This document shows, piece by piece, positions 44,101 to 53,440 of a stretch of 64,000 nucleotides of DNA. This stretch comes from Balanoglossus misakiensis. Taxonomy: Eukaryota > Animalia > Hemichordata. The notes under the pieces are model-generated. The model was given only the letters and a program-made list of their open reading frames with translations, did no database searches and was not told the origin of the DNA. Position 1 is the stretch's first letter. Every line of letters begins with the position of its first letter. The stretch is taken from NCBI GenBank assembly GCA_040954595.2, contig CM082590.2:6696001-6760000 (forward strand), given 5' to 3'. Made by a program: the position numbers and the translations under genes.

Positions 44101-44843
44101 TGACCGTGTCCGTGTCAATTCAATGCATATTCATAGTTTCGTTTGTCGCATTGCGCTTTATTTGACCTGGCGTGTGCGGTCAGTGCGCAGGCGTCCGTGT
44201 ATTTGGTTTTTCTCCGTATTAAATTTGGAAGCCCACGTGTATGCGTCCCCGTGTTTTTTTACCCAAGCAGTTGCTGGAAGGAAGGTGGATACGACGCCCA
44301 AGTACATGTAAGTTTTGAACATGTCAATGCGTTAGTGAGAGTTGGTAGTGCGAATCTGTGGGGATATGATGATGGACTTTGATGGTAGCCGCCGTCGTGG
44401 ATGACTACCGTTCCCTTTGAACCGGTTGTTCGGGAACTCTCTGTTGAGTCGCGGCTTCTCGTGACACGCAGCTTTGAATGAATATACAAACATCACTGTT
44501 TCTTCCCTGTCATTAAAATTATCGAACGTAATTGTCATTGCAAATATTTCACAGATGGTATTTTGTCGTTCCGTTAATTACTGACAAAAGATATCAGAGC
44601 TTTCTTTTCTGACAATAAAATATCTTGAAGATCCAAAGTGTCTCTTGCTGGCAAGCAAATTTTCCTCACGCCGTGACATATGGGGGCTCGTCCGGGAGAA
44701 CGGCAATTTCGTTCTAATAAATCGGCGAGGATATTTGTTTCTTGGTAGATTTCTGAACTTGTGAAATCCACAGACGATATAGTATTTGTGAAGCTGAGCA
44801 TAGTTTATTTTTATTTCCCGTAAATCCTAGTACATGTACTTAA

Positions 44844-46025
44844 AGGGACAAAGTCTCTCTCTCACTGCCCTTTTTTCCATGAATTATGTTTGATACAAGA
44901 CACCATTTATGTAATTCTACATGTGGATATGTAGTGAATCAACGTTCGACCACACACGCCTTCCATCCCACTTGTAGACACGAGAGTGAAAAAACTCGCC
45001 AAAATGAATAATCGTTCTTTACCATTTATTCATTTTGGGCGAGTTTTTACTGTCATATCATACAAGTGGAATGGAAGTTTCGTGTGGTCGAATGTTGATT
45101 CACCATATATCCACATGTAGAATAACATAAACGGCGTCTTGTATCAAACGTAATTAATGGAAAAGGGGCAGCTGGAGAGAGACTTTGTCCTGGGAGGTGT
45201 GTGTGGTTGAACGTTGATTCACTATATATCCACATGTAGAATAACATAAACGGCGTCTTGTATCAAACATAATTAATGGAAAAGGGGCAGCGAGAGAGAG
45301 ACTTTGTCCTGGGAGGTGTGTGTGGTTGAACGTTGATTCACTATATATCCACATGTAGAATAACATAAACGGCGTCTTGTATCAAACATAATTAATGGAA
45401 AAGGGGCAGCGAGAGAGAGACTTTGTCCTGGGAGGTGTGTGTGGTTGAACGTTGATTCACTATATATCCACATGTAGAATAACATAAACGGCGTCTTGTA
45501 TCAAACGTAATTAATGGAAAAGGGGCAGCTGGAGAGAGACTTTGTCCTGGGAGGTGTATGTGGTCGAACGTTGATTCACTATATATCCACATGTAGAATA
45601 ACATAAACGGCGTCTTGTATCAAACGTAATTAATGGAAAAGGGGCAGCTGGAGAGAGACTTTGTCCTGGGAGGTGTATGTGGTCGAACGTTGATTCACTA
45701 TATATCCACATGCAAAATAACATAAACGGCGTCTTGTATCAAACGTAATTAATGGAAAAGGGGCAGCTGGAGAGAGACTTTGTCCTGGGAGGTGTATGTG
45801 GTCGAACGTTGATTCACTATATATCCACATGTAGAATAACATAAACGGCGTCTTGTATCAAACATAATTAATGGAAAAGGGGCAGCGAGAGAGAGACTTT
45901 GTCCTGGGAGGTGTGTGTGGTTGAACGTTGATTCACTATATATCCACATGTAGAATAACATAAACAGTGTCTTGTATCAAACATAATTAATGGAAAAGGG
46001 GCAGCTGGAGAGAGACTTTGTCCCT
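44844..46025. mobile_element. MITE family A copy with eight tandem 119-bp repeats of its right TIR
   Basis: TTAA on both sides; 119-bp periodicity over about 45073-46025. Confidence 0.85.
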
Positions 46026-46297
46026 TTAAAGCAGTGACTTAAAGCTTTCTACTCAGTACGTATTTCGTTTTGTTATAATTGCCTAAAATTGTAAGGCGTA
46101 TATTGTCGTGACTGATCCCGGTTGATATTTCTTGGACACTGCACTTCTTGCAGGGTAGTAGACGCACAATAGCATTGTGTGAAACTATCTGGATATCAAC
46201 TGGCGGGTCCGCTTCCTTGAGTCCAAATTTGTTTAATGAAATTGGATTTACTTCTTTTTTATTATTCTAAAAAAACATTTCTTGATAAGAACACGTA

Positions 46298-46365
46298 AAT
46301 AGGCAATTTTTGCATTCCTTGCAAAATGCTGGGTGGTAATAAAACGTTAACATAGATACAAAACA
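46298..46365 (+). pseudogene. U5 3' remnant (Sm site, decayed hairpin, 3' box)
   Basis: AATAGGCAATTTTTGCATTCCTTGCAAAATGCTGGG...ATAGATACAAAACAGC. Confidence 0.7.
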
Positions 46366-46648
46366 GCTTTTTATGCTATCAAGCGAATATAAGAGGGGAA
46401 ATGAAATTTCTTTTGGTCACACATACGTGTTACGCTCTTGTTAGTTTTCAGTTTTCCGTCTGGCCTAGGTATTCAAATGAGATATTGCTAGATTTGGAAC
46501 AAAATTTAAATAAATTTTTATAATGAAATAAGAGGTCAACACGACTTCGACTGGTCTGGTTCCCTGACCCCCGTATACAGCTGCTAGCGCTGCACATGGG
46601 GCAAGGGACCAATCAGACTAGACTTCAGTGCGACCAGCACCTTCCCGA

Positions 46649-46956
46649 TTACCATGACAATGCCTTCAGCTTGCTAAAGTGAAATGCATATGCAAATTAG
46701 TCATCCTAATTATTCATCTGAGGAGCTTCTTGGAATTATATTCCATTTTTATCCGAATATAATTTATAAAGTCACTGTTTCCATACGCCTTTTTAAATGT
46801 TATTTCCTTGTTCATTACTCTTAAAAAATAATTTCTTGATAAAAAGACAAACGCATACAGGCTGCTAAACACGTAATTAATACATGCCAAAGTCTCTAAC
46901 CGCACATAGAGTTTTGAACGCTCAGATACGGTCACCACGCCCTCACGGTGATTGAG
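46649..46956 (+). promoter_or_regulatory. U5 promoter (DSE with octamer 46690-46697, PSE region about 46895-46956) upstream of the disrupted U5 gene
   Basis: Homologous to 55025-55329. Confidence 0.7.
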
Positions 46957-47007
46957 TTACTCTGGTTTTTCTGCAATATACGAATAAATCTTTCGCCTTT
47001 TACTAAA
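46957..47007 (+). pseudogene. U5: U5 snRNA 5' half, interrupted at loop 1 by the retrotransposon
   Basis: Matches 55330-55380 with one mismatch up to ...GCCTTTTACTAAA, then switches to element sequence. Confidence 0.93.
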
Positions 47008-47110
47008 TCGACAGAAGAAAGAGAGTGAGGACAGTGAGGAGAAGTAAAGTGTTTTTTCTGCGTGCGCCTTCAACCACCTGCACGGAGAACAGTGAGTACG
47101 ACGCGGACCG

Positions 47111-48619
47111 ATGCCGCCAACGGTCCGCAAGGACCGTTCGGTCCTTCTGAAATTTAAGGGGGGGGAGACTACGGTTACGGTTGAGAAGGTCTTCGGGGAG
47201 TTGCGGAAGGCCGATATTGATGTCAGTACACACCTTCAAGCCGTCCAACGGCTGCCGGGCAATGCTTTTGATGTAACTTTCACGTCGCTGGCCTTCAGAA
47301 GGCTGTTTGAGGAGAAGCTACGCGCTAACGAGGAGTTCGATGTATCAGTTATTGAGGAGAATACAGTGGTTACGGCCCTGTATATCGATATTGGGTTGGA
47401 TGACAACTACGTTCGCCACGTGCTGTCTCAGTACGGAGAAGTGGTTGCCTCCCGTTTTTGCACTTTCCAGAAGGAAAAGATATTCAACGGTACGCGACAG
47501 TACAAAATGAAGCTAAAAAAGAACATTCCCTCTGTCATACGGCTAGGGAACAGGAATGTGTGGCTTTCGTACATGGGCCAGCCGCGGACCTGCAGCAGAT
47601 GCAACGAGGCCGGACACTTTTCGCGCGACTGCAAGACCATCCGCTGCTTCAAGTGCCTCGAACTCGGCCACAGGGTCGAAGACTGTGCGAATGCGGTCAA
47701 GTGTTCTATTTGTGGGGAAGGGGGACACGTTTTTCGGAACTGCCCCATTTCTTTTGCGAGGAAGCTTTCCCTGTCTGCGAATTGGGAGGGTGGTGGGACT
47801 CTTCCCGGCGGCGTTTCGAGTGAAAGTGGGGCACCTGGGGATGCAGACAGCGTGCCTGGACCTGAACCACCTGTTGAACACGCGGCAGTCACCACTGAGC
47901 AGCCGATTCCTGAGCCCCTGATCGAACACTCCGCGGACGCTGAGGTTGGCGAGCACCTGCCCGATCCCGACAACGAGAGCATGGATTTTATTAGCGCTTC
48001 GGACAAACGCAAACGCCCTGACCAGGATAGTGACGACGACAAAGCAGAGGACAGCAAATTTGTGTGCATAGACCACGAGGTAGCCCAGCCCGCTACTGTA
48101 GGCGCTGGAGAAGACATTCTTCCTTATACCCCTGTTTTGTTCACTTCTTCTTTTGAGTTACCGTCCCTCGAGACGTCTGTTCCTGACAGTGAGTCCCTGG
48201 CGATTGACAGCGACGCCTGTTCGCTAGACTCGGCAGCCTCTGTTAACTCCTCTGTTTCTCTTGCTGCCTCTACCTCTAGTTCTGCCTTTTCTACCGTTCA
48301 ATCTGTCTCTAAGGCAGGTTCGAGAGCGCATGTAAAATTTCGTCACTGTCTTCTTCACGACAATTCAGCCGTTCGCTTGCGCTGTAGCGTTTTTTCAGGT
48401 CAACCTTGTGAGGAAGTAATCACAGGTTGGAGTGCTCTGCGCGATCATTCTTTAAAGGTTCACGGTCAAGAATACCTCAAGACTACTTGTTATGTGGCAC
48501 AGAAATGTAGTAGGCTTGAGTTTGACGGTCCGGCGGAATGGTTCGCCCATGTTCTATCGAAACATGGCAGGTACGCCTGTAGCAAGTCCACTGGGTTCTT
48601 TAACTCTTTCTTTGAATAA
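47111..48619 (+). CDS. Retrotransposon ORF1 (502 aa): RRM-like N-terminus, three CCHC zinc knuckles, acidic/Ser linker, two C-terminal C2H2-like fingers
   Basis: CSRCNEAGHFSRDC, CFKCLELGHRVEDC, CSICGEGGHVFRNC; uninterrupted ORF. Confidence 0.92.
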   Translation: MPPTVRKDRSVLLKFKGGETTVTVEKVFGELRKADIDVSTHLQAVQRLPGNAFDVTFTSLAFRRLFEEKLRANEEFDVSVIEENTVVTALYIDIGLDDNYVRHVLSQYGEVVASRFCTFQKEKIFNGTRQYKMKLKKNIPSVIRLGNRNVWLSYMGQPRTCSRCNEAGHFSRDCKTIRCFKCLELGHRVEDCANAVKCSICGEGGHVFRNCPISFARKLSLSANWEGGGTLPGGVSSESGAPGDADSVPGPEPPVEHAAVTTEQPIPEPLIEHSADAEVGEHLPDPDNESMDFISASDKRKRPDQDSDDDKAEDSKFVCIDHEVAQPATVGAGEDILPYTPVLFTSSFELPSLETSVPDSESLAIDSDACSLDSAASVNSSVSLAASTSSSAFSTVQSVSKAGSRAHVKFRHCLLHDNSAVRLRCSVFSGQPCEEVITGWSALRDHSLKVHGQEYLKTTCYVAQKCSRLEFDGPAEWFAHVLSKHGRYACSKSTGFFNSFFE

Positions 48620-51600
48620 TGGGTTACGTGGATTTTCTTTTACTTACCGTTATGTTATTTTGTGTTTCTTTAAACGTTAATGGGTTGCGGGATGATCTTA
48701 ACCGTCAAGCGATTTTTAGTTGGTGTAAAGATCAGAATTTCGATGTGGTTTGCCTGCAGGAGACTCATGCGTGCTCCGACGCAGACATTGCTAAATGGGG
48801 TGGGGAGTGGGGCGGGTCTAATTATTGGTCCCTGGGTACGCATAAAAGTTGTGGGGTGGGAATTTTAATTTCTCCCAAGTCTTCCTGGGTCCTGAAAAAT
48901 CGTTTGGTTGACACGGAAGGCCGGGTTATTTCTGGGGACTTGGTTAACGCTGGCCATACGGCACGTATTTGTAATATTTATGCTCCTGTTAACCCCGCTT
49001 GTCGGTCCCGTTTTTTTAGTTCTTTGCATATTTTTACAGGTGCAGCCAGGGGTATTTTGCTTTGTGGCGATTTTAATTGCGTTGTAGGGGTCGAAGACAG
49101 GTTTGGGATTGGCATCAGTCCTGCCCGGTTTATTGGCGCGGATATCTTGAAAGCAATATGTTCGGATTTCGACCTCATTGACGTCTGGCGAACCAGAAAT
49201 CCGAACGGCCGCGGTTTCACCTGGCGCGATGCGAACAATACACGTGGCAGTCGCCTCGACAGATGGTATGTTTCCAAGCATTTGAGTTCCAATTCTGATT
49301 TATTTCCTTGCCCATTTTCTGACCATGATGGTGCGGCTATTAACATTTCCTTTCGTTCTTATCAGACACCAGGCCCTGGGGTTTGGAAATGCAATAACTC
49401 CCTTTTGCGTAATGAGGCCCTACTTGATTTACTTAAAAGTAAGTTTTCTGACTGGAAAACATTGCAACCCGGCTACGACTCCATTGTTGAGTGGTGGGAT
49501 GATTACAAAAGTCGCGCGAAAGAGCTGATCGCTGATTTCGGAAAGCGCGAGGCCTGCCGGCGTCGCACGGCGTATCAAAAAGCTGTCAACGAGTTCAACC
49601 GTCTCACTTCGCTCCTCAATACTGGTGACAAGTCAGACTCCACCTTGACCGAGTATAGTCTGGCCCGCGACAATTGTAATCGCTTATTGCAAAAGCGCAT
49701 TGCCGGGGTTAAAGTCAGATCGCGCGCCCGGGTCTTGGACGCGAAGGAGAAATGCTCGCGGTATTTTTTTGCCCACGAGCACAAACGAGGGGCACGTAAG
49801 ATTTTTAACAAAGTCATTGATTCAGATAACAAGAGTCACACCAACACTCATGACATTCGGCGCGCCTTGCATGCATTTTACTCAGATCTTTATAAGACTT
49901 CCACAGACTTAGATGTAGATAAGCAAGATTTTTTCTTAGACAAATTAAGTCAGCGCTTATCGCAGATTCAGAGTGCTAAGCTTGAGGCACCCATCTCTCT
50001 TGCTGAGCTTACAGTTGCGCTCAAGGCGATGGATAGTGACAGATCGCCCGGCATTGATGGTCTCACTGTTGATTTTTATCTGGCTACCTGGGAGTATGTT
50101 GGGCCTGTCCTCTTGGAGGTCTACAATTCAGTCTTTGACAATGGTCTTTTATCTACTTCTCAGCGTTCTAGTCTGGTCGTGCTTCTTGATAAGTTGGATC
50201 CACGTCCAGATGACCTTCATTTGCATATTAAGAATAAGCGTCCTATCTCGCTGCTGAATGTCGATTACAAGATTCTGACTAAAGTTCTTACTGCTCGTCT
50301 TGGTACTGTCATGGCTGATTTGGTCAGCCCCTTTCAAACTTGTGGTGTCAAGGGCAGGTCCATTGTCGACAATATCCACATTGCCAAGGATTTTATTGAG
50401 TTAATTAACTCTAGGGATGGGGTGGGGGCTGTGGTTTCACTTGATCAGGAAAAGGCGTTTGACAGAGTCGAATGGTCCTTTCTCCGCAAAGTTCTTCAAC
50501 GTATGAATTTTGGCCCTGTCGTGTGTAGGTGGTTTGACATCCTGTATAGGGACATTAACAGTGTGATTCTCTGCAATGGTTTTACTTCTGATAAGATTAA
50601 CTTACAGCGCGGAGTGAGACAAGGGTGTCCCCTATCTCCTTTGCTTTATGTTCTTTTTATAGAGCCATTCGCGGCAGCGGTGCGCAGTGATCCTGATTTT
50701 ACCGGCTTTCTGTTCCCGCGAACGGACTGTCGGCTTTTGCAGTATGCGGACGATAATACTGCACTCATCACGAGCAACAAGTCTTTTCGTTCATTGTTCG
50801 CAATTTGTGATAGTTTTGGACAGGCATCCGGGTCGCGCCTGAACATTACTAAGTGCAAGGGTTTGTGGTTAGGTCGCTGGCGCGGGCGCACGGATTGTCC
50901 AGTACCGATCAACTGGAACAGCGACAGCATTACAATCAACGGGGTCGTGCTCGGAAGTGCGCCAGCTATGGATCGCAATTGGGAAAGTAAAGTCCTTCGT
51001 TTATCGCGTATTTTGAGCAGTTCCCAAACTCGCGAACTCTCGCTGTTCTCCAAGGCGCGTTTCATCAACACTTTCGCGCTTCCGATTTTTTTCTATTTGT
51101 GGTCCATTTTTCCGTTTCCGACAAAGTTCATCCGGCAAGTGAACTCGCTGATTTTTGGTTTTATTTGGAAGAAGTCTGAACTGGTGAAACGCGAAGTTCT
51201 GACCCTTCCGGTCGGTCAGGGAGGCCTCGGCCTCATCAACGTTGGACACAAGGCCAAGTCATTGTTTCTTTTGAATTTACGCTATTTGACATGTAATTTA
51301 TCTCCGTATAGTTTTTTACTAAGGTGTTATGTATCCTTACCTTTGCATAGATTTTTTCCGGATTTGCATTCGAATTTAAATCCGTCCTTTAACTGCCCTA
51401 AGTGGCATTCCAATTTCGTAGAGCTAGTCTTTAGAATAAAAGAACTTGCACCAGATGTAGCTTGGGCCAATATTTCGGCCAGTCTTCTTTATAATATTTT
51501 GTTTGAACATGACAAAATTGAGCCTTTGGTTGTGCGTAGAAATCCGCACTTGAATTGGAAGTTTATTTGGAAGAACTTACACTGTTTCCTGTTGGATACT

Positions 51601-52116
51601 GGACATGTGGATTTGAGCTGGAAAATCCTCCACGACATTGTGTTCACTAAACTCAAGCTGGTTAAGTTCGGTTACAGGAGACGGAGTCCTATCTGCCCGA
51701 GATCTCATTGTTCTTCTCCGGAGTCGCTGAGTCATTTATTTTGGGAGTGTCCATTTTTACGTTTAATTTGGGGATGGGTTGATAATTTACTTTGGAAAAT
51801 CAATCCTTCTTTGAGGTGTAACGCTAACCTGGTCCAGTATAGTTTACTTGACTTTCCGGTTAGCAAGGGAGATGTTCCTATGATTTTGTATATAGTCAAT
51901 ACTGTTCGCACAGCTATTTGGATTTCTCGGTGCGAAGCAGAGTATGAGCACACATTTGTTTCTGCTGATGTAGTTATCTCTCGAATAAGAGGTTCTGTGC
52001 GTTCTCGTTTGAAAGCTGATTTGTTTCGTTGGCCACGTGACCGCTTCAAGACCACGTGGTGCCGACACAGTATTCTCGCCAAGGCCAATGGTGCTGACAT
52101 TGTTATTTGTATTTGA
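48619..52116 (+). CDS. Retrotransposon ORF2 (1165 aa): AP-endonuclease, reverse transcriptase, C-terminal CCHC
   Basis: APE motifs SLNVNGL, LQETH, GDFN, SRLD, SDH; RT motifs SPGIDG, RPISLLNVDYKIL, LDQEKAFD, GVRQGCPLSP, YADD; CPRSHC..ESLSHLFWEC. Confidence 0.96.
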   Translation: MGYVDFLLLTVMLFCVSLNVNGLRDDLNRQAIFSWCKDQNFDVVCLQETHACSDADIAKWGGEWGGSNYWSLGTHKSCGVGILISPKSSWVLKNRLVDTEGRVISGDLVNAGHTARICNIYAPVNPACRSRFFSSLHIFTGAARGILLCGDFNCVVGVEDRFGIGISPARFIGADILKAICSDFDLIDVWRTRNPNGRGFTWRDANNTRGSRLDRWYVSKHLSSNSDLFPCPFSDHDGAAINISFRSYQTPGPGVWKCNNSLLRNEALLDLLKSKFSDWKTLQPGYDSIVEWWDDYKSRAKELIADFGKREACRRRTAYQKAVNEFNRLTSLLNTGDKSDSTLTEYSLARDNCNRLLQKRIAGVKVRSRARVLDAKEKCSRYFFAHEHKRGARKIFNKVIDSDNKSHTNTHDIRRALHAFYSDLYKTSTDLDVDKQDFFLDKLSQRLSQIQSAKLEAPISLAELTVALKAMDSDRSPGIDGLTVDFYLATWEYVGPVLLEVYNSVFDNGLLSTSQRSSLVVLLDKLDPRPDDLHLHIKNKRPISLLNVDYKILTKVLTARLGTVMADLVSPFQTCGVKGRSIVDNIHIAKDFIELINSRDGVGAVVSLDQEKAFDRVEWSFLRKVLQRMNFGPVVCRWFDILYRDINSVILCNGFTSDKINLQRGVRQGCPLSPLLYVLFIEPFAAAVRSDPDFTGFLFPRTDCRLLQYADDNTALITSNKSFRSLFAICDSFGQASGSRLNITKCKGLWLGRWRGRTDCPVPINWNSDSITINGVVLGSAPAMDRNWESKVLRLSRILSSSQTRELSLFSKARFINTFALPIFFYLWSIFPFPTKFIRQVNSLIFGFIWKKSELVKREVLTLPVGQGGLGLINVGHKAKSLFLLNLRYLTCNLSPYSFLLRCYVSLPLHRFFPDLHSNLNPSFNCPKWHSNFVELVFRIKELAPDVAWANISASLLYNILFEHDKIEPLVVRRNPHLNWKFIWKNLHCFLLDTGHVDLSWKILHDIVFTKLKLVKFGYRRRSPICPRSHCSSPESLSHLFWECPFLRLIWGWVDNLLWKINPSLRCNANLVQYSLLDFPVSKGDVPMILYIVNTVRTAIWISRCEAEYEHTFVSADVVISRIRGSVRSRLKADLFRWPRDRFKTTWCRHSILAKANGADIVICI

Positions 52117-52482
52117 AAGTGGGGGGTGGGTTATAGCTCATTGGTTCTGGCACTGTACAGGGATTTTCATCCTCCGTTGGTTTGATCTTTCGCTTATCTG
52201 TCTTAGATCGTCTATCACCGTCCTTCGCTACGTGATTATTGTTTCCTCTGTTGTTGTTTTAATTTTGTTTTGGTTGCAGTATTGTTCAGTTTCGGTCGTT
52301 TACTTTTCTGCTTACAATTTTATTTGGGAGAGGTAGGGGAGGTGGTACCTCCTTATAGTCAAACTAGCGTCGCTGGCCTACCTTGGGCTTCCAGTTTTAC
52401 GATATAGTTTCCTTGAATAGATCTTGTTGATCTTGTTGTTTTTGTTTAGCTTTTGATATTTAGGTTCCCTAAATCAAAAAGG

Positions 52483-52563
52483 CTTTTACTAAAGATTTCC
52501 GTGCAGAAGAACAACTTATGAGTCTATAGGCAATTTTTGCATGCCCTGCTAAATGTAGGGCGA
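52483..52563 (+). pseudogene. U5: U5 snRNA 3' half (TSD, stem, Sm site, 3' hairpin), followed by a 3' box
   Basis: CTTTTACTAAAGATTTCCGTGCAGAAGAAC...CAATTTTTGCATGCCCTGCTAAATGTAGGGC, matching 55370-55450. Confidence 0.93.
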
Positions 52564-52656
52564 TAATTAAACGTAAAAATAGATACAAACCAGCTTAGGG
52601 GAATTAACTTGAATTTATTTTTGCTCAAACATACGAGTTACGTTCCTTTTTATTTT

Positions 52657-53333
52657 TTTGTGCAGTCCTCCACTCTATGGCCGAGTTGGAGGCACTTGAA
52701 ACAGCGGATAGTTTTGCACTCGCGTGAGAAATGTCCGGCCTCATTACATCTGCTGCAGGTCTTCGGCTTGACCCATGTAAGAAAAACAGACGTTTCGATT
52801 CCCAAGTCGTATCACTGAGGGGATATTCCGTTTCAGTTTCATTCTGTACTGCCACGTGCCGTTAAAGATCTTCTCCTTCTGAAATGTACAGAATCTAGAG
52901 GCCACCACCTCCCCGTACTGGGATAGCACGTGGCGAACATAGTTGTCGTCTAAGCCCACATCGATGTACAGGGCCGTGACCACTGTATGTTCTTCGATGA
53001 CCGAAACCTCGAACTCATTATTTGCGCGCAGTTTCTCCTCAAACAACCTTCGGAAGGTTAGCGACGTAAATGTCACATCGAACGCATTGCCCGGCAGCCG
53101 TTGGACGGCTTGAAGTTGGATACGAACATCAATGTCGGCCTTCCTCAACTCCTCGAAAACCTTCTCAACCGTAGTCTCCCCCCCCCCTTAAACTTCAAAA
53201 GGACCGAACGGACCTTGGGGACCGTTGGCGGCATCGGTCCACGTTGTACTCACTATTTTCCGTGCAGGTGGTTGAAGGCGCACGCAGAAAAAACACTTTA
53301 CTTCTCCTCACTTTCTTTCTTCTGAAAAGTCGA
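52657..53333 (-). mobile_element. Second, diverged copy of the Tx1 element (5'UTR plus 5' part of ORF1, frameshifted, 3'-truncated)
   Basis: Encodes MPPTV..DRSVLLKFKGG...VEDC; 5' junction U5...TACTAAA|TCGAC, the same as in the full-length copy. Confidence 0.9.
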
Positions 53334-53384
53334 TTTAGTAAAAGGCGAAAGATTTATGCGTATATTGCAGAAAAACCAGAGTAA
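53334..53384 (-). pseudogene. U5: Inverted U5 snRNA 5' half, with PSE remnant at 53385-53440
   Basis: Reverse complement is TTACTCTGGTTTTTCTGCAATATACGCATAAATCTTTCGCCTTTTACTAAA. Confidence 0.92.
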
Positions 53385-53440
53385 CTCAATCACCACGATG
53401 GCGTGGTGACCGTATCTGACCGTTCAAAACTCTAAATGCG

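Larger units (their letters stand above)
47008..52482 (+). mobile_element. Full-length Tx1/L1-clade non-LTR retrotransposon inserted in U5 snRNA loop 1
   Basis: 103-nt 5'UTR, ORF1, ORF2, about 365-nt 3'UTR and a short A tract; TSD CTTTTACTAAA at 46997-47007 and 52483-52493. Confidence 0.95.

Noticed and set aside
45053-46025. Regular repeat array with seven near-identical 64-70-aa ORFs (CRISPR-like or tandem peptide genes)
   Set aside because: There are no unique spacers; the units are copies of a MITE TIR and the ORFs follow from the 119-bp period
47111-48619. ORF1 as a host ZCCHC3-like gene or retroviral Gag
   Set aside because: It is coupled to an APE-RT ORF2 inside a TSD-bounded element, with no LTRs, protease or integrase
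47428-51249. Antisense ORFs inside the retrotransposon
   Set aside because: These are shadow ORFs of GC-rich coding sequence with no recognisable motifs
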